From assembly GCA_976551045.1 (NCBI GenBank), contig CDPCPM010000011.1:6324001-6388000 (forward strand): 64,000 nt of DNA. Direction: 5' to 3'. The stretch's first letter is position 1, and every line of letters starts with the position of its first letter. A program made the translations under genes and the position numbers. This DNA is from Glaucostegus cemiculus (taxonomy: Eukaryota). Of the stretch, positions 12,501 to 25,599 are shown in pieces. A model generated the notes under the pieces. It ran no database searches. It saw only the letters and a program-made list of their open reading frames with translations, and was not told the DNA's origin.

Positions 12501-12893
12501 AAACTTCGAAGTACCATCAGATAGGCAACTACACAATCCTTAACCTGGTCTTTTCACCCTGATCTGAAGTTCATTTTAAGTTCCCCAAGCCAGCATTAAA
12601 TGAGGCATCAAAATACAAATGGTTGGGGGGGGGAACAAATATAACTGTGCCACTAACCTCAGGAATCCATATGGAAGAGGATTGTAAAATAGCTCTCTTA
12701 AGGTGGAGGAATATATTATTGCTCTTAGCAGACAGAATATAGCAAAATTGTGTCTACTTACATGACACAAAACCTTTGAAAAACATAACTGTTTGATGAT
12801 AGATGGGACACAAACATGGATTCCCTAACTTAATTTCTTGGTTTGGGAGATTTATACTCAAACAATGGAGGTACTTGTGGATGGTTTTTTTGT

Positions 12894-13211
12894 CATATAG
12901 AGAATAACAGCATGGAAACAGGCAATTTGACCCACCTAGTCTGCACAGACCATTGAGGACCCTATAACACTAATCCTACAGTAATCCCATTTTATTCACC
13001 CACATTCCCTTCAAGGCCCCCACCTTCCCAGATTCTGTCACTCACCGACATAGCAGGGACAATTAACCTAACAATATGAAGCCACAGTCCCAAAGAAAAC
13101 CCAAAGAGTCAATGGGAAAACCTGCCGACTCCACGTAGACAGCAAGAGGTTAGGAATGAATCTAGGCTGTTAGAACTGAAGCAGCAGCTCAATTGGCTGC
13201 ATTACTGTGCC
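12894..13211 (-). mobile_element. Old V-SINE (HE1-like) with CR1-like tail
   Basis: On the minus strand: ggcacagtaatgcagcc head, degenerate V core, aggttaattgtccc.. spacer and gcctgtttccatgctgt tail. Confidence 0.75.
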
Positions 13212-13689
13212 ACTCCAAAAAGGTGGAAATATTCTGACGACTGTAGAACAGAGATTGAATCATGTAGAGTGAGGTCCATAAAAGGATGTACAAATGGTTG
13301 CTCTGCTATCAAGCCAGCTGTACCCAAGTGAATTATTGGGTAATTGGGAGATTAATAGCATAGCTAAGAGATATTTTGTGTGTATCTTGAATGTCAGGAG
13401 GTGCTTTCACTTCAAACAATGTGGAAATTCCTGATGACCCAGACTTTTGGAAACAAGGAGGATCTGTCTGACTGAAGCAAACTCAAAAGATTTATGGAAA
13501 CATTTTTTTAAAAAGTGTTCATCCTCCAAAGGCGGAGGATGTGTATTTGAAAAAGTTTTACGATCCCGAGACACTGGAGACTGCTGAAAGTTACCGCTTT
13601 GGGAAAAGGCATCAGTTCCAAAACAATGACACAAGCAAGCTTATTTTGGAACAAAAAGCTTTCAATATTTTGTCACTTTAGAAGTTTCC

Positions 13690-13706
13690 GGGGGGGGGGG
13701 GGGGGG
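13690..13706. repeat. G17 homopolymer
   Basis: 17 consecutive G. Confidence 0.95.
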
Positions 13707-13753
13707 CAATAAGTGACCAGTTGGCATGTAGGCTGAAGAATGAATGCACTCAC

Positions 13754-14004
13754 TGTAAACTTTTGTCAGTCCTCAATCTGACATTTGATTTTGTGTGTTA
13801 AGCGGCTTTGTCCTTGGGCACAGCTAATAGCAATTAATGCCAGTCAATAAATACTTGTAAAAGTGAAGAGAAGATGACATCTGCCCCCAAGCTGACAGTC
13901 GTCGAGCTCAGAGAACTGCTCATGGTGATAGAAGCAAGCCCAGGTCCTTGAGAGGTTGCTCGCTCTTGGAAACGGGATGCTCCAGAGGCAGCTTGCTCAA
14001 TCTT
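13754..14004 (-). other. Candidate exon or conserved non-coding element
   Basis: On the minus strand: long pyrimidine tract ttctttttctccactatttctccttctgctcttacttc, then AAG|AAG acceptor and ACA|GTGAGT donor. It contains accATG opening a 29-codon ORF and several TGACA motifs, and shows no repeat similarity. Confidence 0.3.
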
Positions 14005-14319
14005 CTTGAAGTAAGAGCAGAAGGAGAAATAGTGGAGAAAAAGAATTGCCAGTCATTTCATACCATCAAAGAATAACAGTTCACAGAGGATTTGCTTGAC
14101 AGTCATAACATCAAGAGACCAAAGATTCCAAAGAACAATTCCAAGGACATTGCCATCCACATACCATTAGTGGGAACTCCAGTAACCACAGAGGTCAACA
14201 CTAGGACATCAGTTTGTATCATCTCAGAAATGCTAAGTAATCTACATCTGGAATCACCACAGGGAAAATGACAAAGCTATGGATTTCTGTTGCATACAAG
14301 GAGCTAAAACACCCCACTG

Positions 14320-14336
14320 CCCCCCCCCCCCCCCCC
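14320..14336. repeat. C17 homopolymer
   Basis: 17 consecutive C. Confidence 0.95.
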
Positions 14337-14621
14337 ACAGGATATACCAGAAGCAAAAGAACAACATAATTCAGAATGGAGATAGGTAAAATGCCAGAAA
14401 TGGCAACTCCTAAAATAGGCCCAAATCAGCCCTTTATGGAGAAAATAATCCTCTGATTCTGCCCAGAATGTTTCAAAGATGTTCTAAGGCCTTAAATTTC
14501 TAAAAGAAAGAAATAATAAAACTTCCTTGTCAATTTTTTTGTTTTCCTTTCCTCTGTTAAAAAGGTTGAATGAATTGTAAAGTAATATCATTTAAGAACT
14601 TGATCTATTCTATTTTGTTGA

Positions 14622-14819
14622 GAAAGGACATTCATGAATCTGATGGGTTTTCATGACAACCTGGTAATTTCAAATAACCATTACTGATACTAGCCTTTTG
14701 TATGATTACATGAATTTAAATTTCCCTGCTGCTGTGGAAAGTTTGAAGATACATCTCCAAAATCAATAGTGCAGAGCTCTGGATGCTAATCTGGTGACTT
14801 AACCACTATACTACTGTAC
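14622..14819 (-). mobile_element. Old tRNA-headed SINE (second family; related copy at 48285-48477)
   Basis: On the minus strand: gtacagtagtatagtggttaagtcaccagattagcatccagag head, then ggaaatttaaattca...tagtatcagtaatgg...aaaacccatc, shared with 48285-48477. Confidence 0.6.
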
Positions 14820-15078
14820 AAGTTAATTAACTAACATCAAACAATCTTGGTAAAATGTACCAAGTGTATATTAATTTTAATGAGTCTTCTTTTGGGAGGT
14901 GAGGGAGATGTTGGCTGGAACAATCCAACATTTCATATTTTGTGCAAACTTTATTTGATTCAATGTAACAGAACACTGACTAGAGAAACGGATAGAGTTA
15001 TTCCAATGGTATAACCAGCGGCCTGGACACATGTTTGCAATTGCTGGAGCATTGTAAAACCAGATGCAGACAACATAC

Positions 15079-15162
15079 TTTGCCTTTCAGCCTTCTCACT
15101 CATGGGAATAATGCCTAAAACAACAGCAGACTTCACAATGGATGCAAAGATGTTCAACGTAT
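15079..15162 (-). other. Candidate 84-nt exon
   Basis: On the minus strand: tttgtgttcttttAG|AT acceptor and AAA|GTATGT donor. The length is divisible by 3 and one frame is open (TLNIFASIVKSAVVLGIIPMSEKAERQ). The peptide is not recognised. Confidence 0.22.
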
Positions 15163-18100
15163 CTAAAAGAACACAAATTTAACATTTACCTTGATTTGTA
15201 GTTTACAAATACTGACCTGGGATTGACTGAATGCACATTGTATTTTAATATTAAATATGCACAGGTTTTTGCCTACAACCATCTGCAAAGGAACATTACA
15301 CATGATTAAAAATGTTGTGAAAGTAACATAATTAAGATGGAGCAGCTTTTCATTCTTTTGACAGCATGATAAATTAAAAGATTCTGCTGTTAGCACACAA
15401 TTTTTTTAAATTAGAACTGGGATGTATGCTTTATATGTACTGAGCAGTATTTTCAGATGCAAGAAGACTTGCAATGTTTTTTTTTAAAATAAGCTTCAAC
15501 AACTTGCCTAATTTTTTAAGAATTGTCAATTCAACATTGATAAAGAATTTGGCAAAAAAGGGAGATCTACAACAGGATGCAAACGATGATTCATCACTTT
15601 GTTTAAGGTAGAATTTTCAGCGCAAGAGGTATTTATGCGTAGAAGTTTCTGGCCTATTTGGACAACACAATTTGTGTAAAGTGTACTGTACTAGCAACAA
15701 TGTAATCACATCTGTTGATGTACACATAATAACAGAGCTATGATCCTGCCCTCTCCCTCTGAGCATGAAACTCTTCCTTCAATATTATAGATAGTGAGAG
15801 GCAAATTGCTGGTAATATTTGACAATTGCTTCTTTTCCAAATTTACAATCTACAGAGTTCAGAATGATTAAGGAGACTACATTAGTCTTAACACCATTAG
15901 AAACTCTTTTTTGTTGTTAATGTAATCTTATTCCTGAAATGAACACCCTATTTTTCTTAAAATTTTACTTTTAATTCAATTGCAAGTTGCATCTGTATGG
16001 TTTGTCATCAGATAGATATAAAATATAATAAAAGTAAATTTAGTGAACAAAAAACAGTGCTTGGAATTTTTACAACTCAGCACAGACAGTTCAACACCAA
16101 CTCACATCAATACCTTTAACATCAAGTTAAATTTAGGAAGCAGCGAAAACTAAAACCTACCTCACAATTAAGAGCTGTTTTTTTGGGAAGAGAATTACCT
16201 GGCTTCTATTTTGGCAGCTTTTGGAATACATAAATGCTTTAGTTTATCTATGATTACGTTCCAACTACAATACAAGAATTATTTGTCTGAAGACTGATGA
16301 GAAGCAGACTGGATAGAAACCAGTACCTTTGCAAGACTCCAGATTACATTGAAGTCAATCATAAAGAAGCCCTGTACAGATATGTACATCAGGCCACTAA
16401 TTTTAATGGATGAGGAATTAAGATCTGGTGGAGGAACAGGCAGCAGCAGCGAGTGACAAACACAAATTCACATCTCCTCATAACATTAAGATCATTCCAT
16501 GAAATTTTTGATTTTAAAAGGTGAAAGGTGATGTTACCTCCAAAGTCTGACTACATACAGCCAGAGTGAAATTAAATTGTTGAAAAGTTATGTTATGAGG
16601 GGCTTTTACATTAATCCACCTAACAAATAAGTTAGACTGCCACATTGTATCTAGAACTGTTTTAACATCAACAGATAGCCGCTGTTTAAATACAGCCTTA
16701 AAAATATAATCACAATAATCTTGGAAATTGATACAAAATCTCTCTACAATCCCATTAGCCAATGGTGGAGATGTTGGGTATAAAACCCATAAGGTATTAA
16801 AGTTATCTGAATGCAGCATGACAGAAATGGAACAGACTGCCACTAGCTGTAATGAATCCAAAACTGAACATGCAATATGGAGCAACAGGAAGAGAGTTGA
16901 TGCATCTTATAGAGTCATTGCGGCCTTGTTTTTTCACTACTTGCACAGCATTGCTTTAAACTAAAACTTAATACTCAAAGTAATCAAATCATCCAGACTG
17001 AAGCCACAGTTTCCAGTCTGTTCCCATGTCACTCCTTGCCTTAGAAGGAATTACTGTTCAGGCTCCTAAATCTATTTCATAGATTTTGATTTTTGCAACA
17101 ATCCATGCAATATCATACTTCACCAGAAATATTGAGAAATTAATTTCAAAAGTACAAAGTTACCTTTGACTCCCAAATCATTTGCCTTGATCAAACCAGC
17201 AGTGCTGAGGACTGCCAGTGACAGAGTTTTAAAGACGTGAAGTGGACAGATGTCCTTGCTGTTTCATTTAAGTTCTCGCCATTCATCAAAGCAAAGCTAT
17301 TGTCCTAACAGATTAGCTACAAGCCTGGGGTTGATTTACATTCAAAGCATAGAGACGTAATATTTTTGCATTAATTGTCATTGATAGTCTCATAAAAGGC
17401 TTCACCCCAGAAGTCAGTTCAAAAGGTAGGTAGGAAAATCATCACAAATTTTAATACAGGACTGAACTATTTAATGTGCAGCTTTCCATATGCATCAAAA
17501 ATAAAGTGCATAAAACAGATTTTAAATATGAAAGCCAAGAATTTAAAGAAAATAATTTCCTTTACTATACAAATAACTCCCAAGGTTGCTTGTTAATAAA
17601 AGCAGCTTCGTTGTAAACTAGAACAAGAACTGAGATTAATCTGCCAGCATCAAACCCACATTGTTTTATGTTGAAGAAGGTGGACGATACAAATCTGATG
17701 CTTTGATGAGAATCAGGGTAGCTTGTCTGGAAAATTCTCGTTATCAGATTCCTCTTCAAGAATTTAGTCAGTTCCTTTACCAGGACAGTCAAGGTTGCAC
17801 ATATGCTTTCAGTTTCTCCCGTGAGCTTCCATCTTGTCCCATTGCCAGAGTTTCTGTATGGACTTCAGCAAACTACAAGTATGCAGAGACCTTATGAGGA
17901 TGTGTCAAATAGGTCATAAAGTTAAAACAGTGGGTATCGAGCAATTGGCTTATGTGTAATATTCACATGCGAGGACAACTTATAAACTCTGACTGCAGTT
18001 CACTTACAATTAATTTAAGTGATCTCATTGACTGCCAAGGAAGCAGTCCAAGAAAATGTATTTTAAATGCCAGTACATGCAGTAGCAAGATCAAACAACA

Positions 18101-18639
18101 AATTCTGAGTCTGAGTGTCTATAGGTCTATACAGAAATCTGTTCAATACAAAGCAAACCCAACTTACACTGAGATTTACACTGTTCAGATAAATTAAAAC
18201 AAAGTAGTGGGTTAGTTTGCACCATAAGCCAACCAGTTATCTTAAGTTCAAAGCCAGACTTCTATATTGTGAATTTCTGACAGGGCTCAAAATTGCTAAA
18301 GTTTGTGTGATGAAAATATTATTTTTTGTAGTGATGAAAATCTACAAATCTTACATGAAATATGCTACAAATGATAACCTGGCATGGCTTGTCCTCTATT
18401 TTAATCAGTGATAATGACCTGCCGTCTCAGCCTCAGTTACCTTCCCTTCCTCTACCAAATGCATTCAGTGATTGCACTGCACTGCTTCACATGTGTTGCC
18501 ACAGGGAGACACATCTGATTGATGCACCTGGTTAGTGAATGTCAGCAAGCTATTGGACTGTAAAGGCATCACAGTTGTGCAGGATACTTGCTTTAAGCAC
18601 CAACAAGTGAATTTTCCAGGAGTCATATTTAATGACAAC

Positions 18640-18935
18640 ATGGATGGAGGCCACTTTTGGCCCACTGAGTCTTTGCCGATTTACAAAACAATCCAAATAC
18701 ATCACTAATTTCCCTGTAACCTAGTCTCCCCACATTGCTAACAATTTCCTTGAAATTCTACCAGTCACCTACACACCACAGATAACTTACAGTGGCCAAT
18801 TACCAACCCATGCACCTTTGGAATGTGTGAGGGGAACCCACATGCTCATGGGGAGAACATGTAAACGCCACCCAGGCAGCAAAGGTCAGGATGGAACCTG
18901 GGCCACTGAGTCTGTGAGGCAGCAGTTGAGCTGCT
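18640..18935 (-). mobile_element. Old V-SINE (HE1-like)
   Basis: On the minus strand: B-box-like ggttccatcc, core gtttacatgttctccccatgagcatgtgggtt..cacattccaaag, and the attggccactgtaag spacer. Confidence 0.78.
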
Positions 18936-19584
18936 CAACAATCACTGGATAACATTAGAAACAGCAATGCACCAGGGTCTTCCAAATACTAACCTGACCA
19001 AACAACTTGGATCAACCTGTTCACCACAAAATTCTTCCAATTGGCGTGGGTTTATCCTGTATGCAAGAAATCATTGAATCCAAGATCATTAAAGGACATG
19101 CAAATTCAGAACCTGCTCTCTGCAAAATTAGATACTCCTGGCGTAGGAGCAACAATGTTCTACAGTTTGCACAGTATTTTTATGTTCAAAGATGGGATAA
19201 AAGCACGACCCAGATCCATGCCTAAAAAATGAGTCAGTGGACATTGGGCGAGGGCAAGACTGGCAATGCCAGAAAGGATCCTGTTCTGAAAATGCATGTT
19301 GGCATTCACCATCAACACTCACATTGAATGCTGGCCATCTGGGAGGGCATGAGAAGAGCATCTAAGTACCTTCTTGAATACACCCCAAAATGAATGCAAG
19401 TAAGAAAAGGCTTAGGGTTTTAGCCTTATTGATGAAAGCTGCTCAGTACCATGCCAAGTAGGAAATGTATCCACTGGCATTAGGAGAACATAGTCCAACT
19501 ACACCAAGTAGTGGGTTTATCCATAATGGGGAGCCTCAGGAGTCTCTTTTTATTTCAGCATTTTTAGACACATTAAGTCTCTTT

Positions 19585-20160
19585 GGTAGAGTTAATGTTT
19601 CAGGTTGAACACTCTTCATGAGAACTGGCAAAGAGCGCAAAGCAATAAAGGTGAGGGGTGGGGAAGGCTTGGATAGGCATATCCATGGCAGACAAGGCTG
19701 GGGTTGGCATGGAATAAATAGAGGTTGGTGGATTAATGGTGGTATTTGGAGAGTGATAATGTAATAGTCCAGCAGGTCAGGGTGTGCTAATGGAGGGAAA
19801 AGATGAGCCAGCCAGCTCTGAAATTGACTCCATTTTTCCCCCCTTCATCAGCACAGACTGACCACGTTGCCAAGTCCAGCATTCTTCCAATGTTATCACT
19901 CTAAATGGCGCCACTTAACCACTAACAACTGCTCGTCTCCATGTCAATTGTGGCTAGCCCCAGCCTCACAGATATTCTCCTCATTCTATTAATTCCCCAT
20001 TCTCACCTTCCCTGAAACTCAAAACCTACTTCTTTTTCTCCTTTTCCTACTTCTAACATAGGTACTTTGTCTCAACTCTCTATCCATAGATGCTGCTTGA
20101 CCCACTGCTAGCTTCTCCTGGTTTTATTTCAGACTTCAAAGACCTGCAGCTTTTTGATTT
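19585..20160. mobile_element. Long decayed fold-back Penelope-derived element, copy 3
   Basis: Imperfect inverted repeat of about 570 bp centred near 19815 (agagtgataa/ttatcactct; gtgctaatggagggaaaa/ttttcccccttcatcagcac). Family end motifs gttaatgtttcagg and catagatgctgcttgaccc..ctgcag are present. Confidence 0.6.
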
Positions 20161-21884
20161 CCAGGATTCATAAGCAGCAAACTCATCAGCTTTCCCACCC
20201 TTTCCTTTCTCTCCAGCAAAATATGTATCCAGTTTTCATTCTCAGCACCAAGCTCTGGCCAGACATTCACCTGCTGCTGCTTCACATCAAAGTACTCATT
20301 GCAAGTAATTTCATCTGTGGTTCATGAACAACCAGCCACTTCACCACACAATGCTGAATCTTGCATTTCCATTCCTAAAAGAGCAAAATCTATGCCTATT
20401 ATCAGCAGAGTTCTGCAACCTCTTCGAGAAGGTAAGCAGCTTTAACATTTTAAAGAGTAGTTTTCACTTAACCCTTAAAATCACTACATATCTTTCCCTC
20501 TCTTTTGAATCATACTCGATTTGCTGTCCCCACTTTGATGGCTCTACATCAGCTTCTGCACAGAATTAAAAGAATAACTTTTGCACAATGTCTGAATTTT
20601 TATGTGCACAAGTAAATGTTGCCAGAACAGTAACTATATCTTTGTGGTGGTTCATTCCTGAAACTCGTCAACACTTGGTGCATGTTCCTGTATCAGATTC
20701 AATGTTAATTCTTTAAACAAAGCTATCAATATAAGAATGGAATACTTTCTTTTTCTATGGATTCCGCAAGAGGTGAAATTATGGAAAAGTTCTTGTACAT
20801 TCACAAAATGCAAACACATAATATCTTCGAAATTGTACACTTCCTTAACAATGAACCTGAAATTAAAGAGCTACAGTTTTCCCCAATTCAGTTCCTCTTT
20901 GAAAATATTTGGAGTGCATGTAGGAAGCAGTACTCAATAAGCTAAAAATTTAATGAGCAAACTATTATTAACAGTCTTGTATATTCTATGAATTTACCAT
21001 TTTCCCCCCTTAAAATGGATGCCATTTTCACAGCAGGTACTTTATTGCTAACAATAATATCAATGCCTTGATATACTTTTTCATTTCCAGTTCTGCCTTT
21101 GGCCTCATCTTCAGCTTTGTAGTCGAGTTCTTTATTTCTATTATCACATCTGCAGTTCTCCCACTGTACAACCAATCTCCACTACTGCAGTAACTCATCT
21201 CCCAGTTGTTAAACAGAAATATCTCATATATGGACCTTTTAATTAGGAATAGATGCCCAAGGCATATTCAGCTTGTCCAAAGTCACAAATACAGATGTTG
21301 CATCAGGTTTAGCACTTCAACTTATTTTTCAGATGCCAAGTCAAAGTATTTAAGAAGGTAGAAATAACAAGTCCCTGACAAAAAATAAATAAAATGAATA
21401 CGGCATATAATTAACTTACAACTATGAAATTCTTTCTATAAAATTTTAGTATCCGGGGTCATATTTGTTCAACTTTCTCTTTCCCACGATCTCCGACACT
21501 TGTAAATTCATTTCTTCCCATTCAAAATGGAAACTCACTACGTAAATCTGTCACATGATGATTATATCTCCCTGTCAGTAGCACTGTTGCAACTTATCAG
21601 TTTTGTGTCTGAGCTTGAACTGCAGAGCCCAACTAACTCCAGCTTTCTGAATCCCAAAATGCTGCCTGCTTAGCTATTTAGCAATAAACGATAAGATAAA
21701 AAACAAGTTGCAAGACCAGACTGTCCAATTTAAAAAGGGGAATGAAACATATTTGCACTCTCTGAACAGATAACTTGCTGCTGCTAAATCCTAATTCACC
21801 AATCAGGGTAGCTCCTGGGTTAGAAAAATCAGGGAACAAAGATCCACGACAGAGTCAAACACCTCAGCTTACACCCCAACCTCC

Positions 21885-22497
21885 TCCCATGCAAGACTGA
21901 GAATGATCCGCACTGTTCGAGGTGCTGGCTTCCAGGTGAAATATTACATTGAAGCCCCATTCACACTCTCATGTGCATGCAATTCCTTTGTCTCACTTTT
22001 TCTTCCTTCCTTTCCCACCTAACCCCTGCCCTTCTAAATCTGTACATCTATATTCATAATAAAAAAGACTATTAAACTTTATTCATGATGATCATACCAC
22101 CCTACCAGTGATGTAATTTTGGAAAGAGAGTTATTCCCATTCTGGCCTCAACATCATCAGTAGAGGAGATTAAGTCTTCAGTGTAGTAACCTATGGATGT
22201 TAAATTCCACCTCTGAAATTCAGTTCCACTGAAGTCAAACCTAAACTTAAGAAGCAAAGTTTGACACAAATGCATAACTTCATTACTTGTACAGCTTCTG
22301 CAGCAGAGGATGAAATTCTACCACCTTATCTTGTAATTATAACATTGCTGTTTGAGAGAGTTTGCCACATGCAAACTGGCCCTCATGTTCCTTGTAGGCC
22401 AGGAGTGACCACACTTCAGAAGAACTTTGGTGTCTGTGGAATGCACTGAGACATATGCAGTTTTGAAATGCATTATACAAATCTAACCATTTCCTTA
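21885..22497 (+). mobile_element. Fragmented Deu-domain SINE (SacSINE1/AmnSINE1-like)
   Basis: Segments gcactgttcgaggtgctggcttccaggtga, cctcaacatca, ttatcttgtaattataacattgctgtttg and gtgaccacacttcagaag occur in family order. Confidence 0.6.
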
Positions 22498-22721
22498 CGA
22501 TTGGGTCTGAACCCACCTTCATTTCCCCAGCTTCAACACCTTGGAGATTAATTCCAGTTATTCTTCCAGAGGAGTGGCCCGTGTAATTCTGGACACTTTG
22601 CCCTTGCCCATTTTCATCAAATGAGCTGCAGGGTGCCAAATAGCTTACCTCAAGACAACTGATGGAATCAGTAGAAGATGAGAGGCAGGCTACGTTACCA
22701 ATATGATCTGCTCCAGTGTGT

Positions 22722-22738
22722 GGGGGGGGGGGGGGGGG
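22722..22738. repeat. G17 homopolymer
   Basis: 17 consecutive G. Confidence 0.95.
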
Positions 22739-23911
22739 TGAACAAAAAGGGAGAGAAATAGTCTGCAGAGAGCAGAATCAGTTTATTTGTGTGCATGCTG
22801 GTGATCAGTCAAGCACCTTTTAAGACTCAGAGAAATAAGTCAAGTCTTACCTCCAGAAATGGAAAAGCACAAGGTCAACAAGAGTTGCTCTTGTACACCT
22901 TCTAGTGTTGGATAAAGAAAAGTACTGCCAATATCCTGGGAGAAATGTTACAATACACTACCTATCCTGTGATTCAGGAAATACGGCACAGGAAAAGAGA
23001 GCCTTAATTGAGAGAAAAAAAATCAAACTCTTTAAATTGCTAATGCAAACATTTCCGGTGTCTTTCCAGGATAATTTACTGAAGTTCTTTAAGTGAAGAG
23101 TTAGTGCGAGAAGGAAATAAATACTTCCAGTTGCAACTATTTCATTCCATAAGAGTTGCTGAAGTGACTTCAATTTTACCTCCCACTGTTTAAAGAATCC
23201 ACCTTAGAAACAAATGCAAAAGTTTACCCCGCCTCCTGTCAGCAGTCACCTATTCTGCTGATACATACATGGTGTCATCGCTCACCACTGAATGACTGTG
23301 TCAACTTGAATTCTACCTAAATGAATGTCTGTGGTGAAACCTTTAAGCACATGTCAAAAACTTATTTCCTGTTTTTTTTTTGTTATCTATGGAAGGAATT
23401 GTATTATCCAGTGTTTTTGAAAGTTAGAATGTAGATTTGGATACAATCCTGATTTTGAACTATAAACACCAATAACTGGATAATCAGGAGGTTGAAATCT
23501 GAAGTATTTATTGTCAGCTTGAAGGCCTGATTTAAAATCAGGGCCTCTATACTTATGATGCAATAATTTGTTCAGTAAAAGGAGAAATTAAATTCCTAAG
23601 TGAAAAATTCCCTATTGCTAACTTAAAACAATGTATTCAGCTGTGCTTGCATTGGCAAGCAAAACATGCTTCACTGAAGATACTAAGGCACAAACTCCTT
23701 GGAGCAGCAGAAATACGTTGCTGAAAATTAACTACTAATATCACAACAAGTTGAAGTGAAATCCGATTATAACCAATGTATAACAAAATATTAATGATTT
23801 TCAAATTTACTTTGTGCTTTTTAACCAGAAGAATCCAATTATTCAAGAGAAAAAAAACACTTATTAAAGTGATTTAACAGAAGCCCTTCCCCTCATTGTA
23901 AAAAAAATGCA

Positions 23912-24263
23912 TCATACCGGCTTCTGTGCTGTCAATCAAGTGACCGAGTTGACCTTTACTTTGCGCGTTTCCTTGGCTGACGGAAGATTCCCTGTTTCCC
24001 CCTGTAGGAAATGTGCATCTAATGAGTATTCCCGTTCTCACTCCACTCCTCAGCGCCTGCCTGTCCCATTGTTATACATCATAAACCGAAGCAACCTGCT
24101 GCCGGCAGCTGCTCCCTCCAGAATCCTCAACCAATCACCTGCCACTGCCACCTCCTCTGACATCACATTCAGGGTGACTGTAAAACACAGAGCTCTTTCA
24201 AAAGTGTTCACGTAAGAACCATGTCAGTCCTGGAGAGGGAGAGAGAGAGAGAGAGAGTGGGGG

Positions 24264-24302
<39 letters not shown>

Positions 24303-24400
24303 TTTCAGCAGGATACCTTCCTCACACTCTCCCATCTGGCAGTGCTCCAGAACACTTAACTTGCAGAGAAACCAGACACATTAAGCGACAGAGGTAACAT
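23912..24400. promoter_or_regulatory. Promoter-like island, possibly bidirectional
   Basis: Non-repetitive and locally CpG-enriched. Contains an aaCCAATca box (24131), TGACATCA (24158), TTCACGTAA (24207), a Sox-like CCATTGTT and a GA tract. Outward-facing donors are CCG|GTATGA on the minus strand (23918/23917) and GAG|GTAACA on the plus strand (24393/24394). Confidence 0.45.
24233..24297. repeat. Interrupted (GA)n microsatellite
   Basis: Two GA runs separated by tgggggggaa. Confidence 0.95.
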
Positions 24401-25599
24401 TTTAAATATCATTTATCTGACATCTTGTACCCCTTGGATAAAAGAGAATCAAGCAGTAGAAACTACAAGGCTAATTTATTTTTTTAAAATCTCATTTCAA
24501 GTGTTCTATAATTAAATTCAATTAGTGATGTACACTTTTATAATACAGCTCAAGTATTCATTTATTCAGGCATCTAGCTTGACTCACAGTTACTCATAAA
24601 TGCAACACCAAGACATTCACACATTCTGTTCATGTTAAACATCCACATGTGCTGCAGTTCAGGTGTTCGTGGGAAAGCCTTGAACCATCTTATTGTGAAC
24701 AAATTAATTGTTTTCTTCCCATGACTGAACATCAGTCTATTACAACATACCAAGGGAGAAAATAGAAATCCTAGTCAGAGCAGACGATATGCAATCGGCT
24801 GAACCAAACAGCATGTTAATAAGGTCTGATAATCTGATTGATTAAAGCAACCTTAGAATTTCCACTATTGAATTGCGTGGATTGTATGTTTGAAGTCAAA
24901 GTATTGAATTTCATCTGGCCTATAACAAAACTAACCATGACCATCCAATTCCTTCCAAACTTAAATCTGATCAGCACGAGATTAGCTTAACATTTATTGT
25001 GCTGAATTAAAAGCAAATGCAATTCATATGCAGATTCTAGAATTTAGTTTAAGGGTAAACAGAATCTTCAATTTTTATATTAAAATTTGCTTAAGTTTCA
25101 TAAATACTACAGTTCAAGGACTCTTGAAGGTAAACTTACAAAAAATAGATGAGCTATTATTAATATTCAAATCAAATATCTATCTAATTAGCCAGTATGC
25201 AAAACATCCTAACCCAATGGGCTAAGCAACTGAATTCCATGACTTCCCTCTCGCAAATACACATTCCAGATCAGAATAGGGTTTTGATTTCTGCACAATA
25301 TTACTCACAGATTAATAATTAAGAAAAATCTTAATTGTTCTCATTCCACTTACCTTTATATTAATTCTTCTGGCCACAGGCATCAACCTCTTCCCTCTCA
25401 TCTGCTGCAATGACAGGATGTGTATAATATCCCTGTACATGCATAGCTGGAGAAAACACCATAACAAATTGCCATCTTCCAAGTTTTGTTCTTGCCCTAT
25501 GCACATAGACTCTGAGAGCTCTGATCCTCTGAATGCAAAGCACTTTTTTTTCCCCTCCTCTTCAATAGCCAGGTGCATTGTAATTCTAATTATGCAAGC

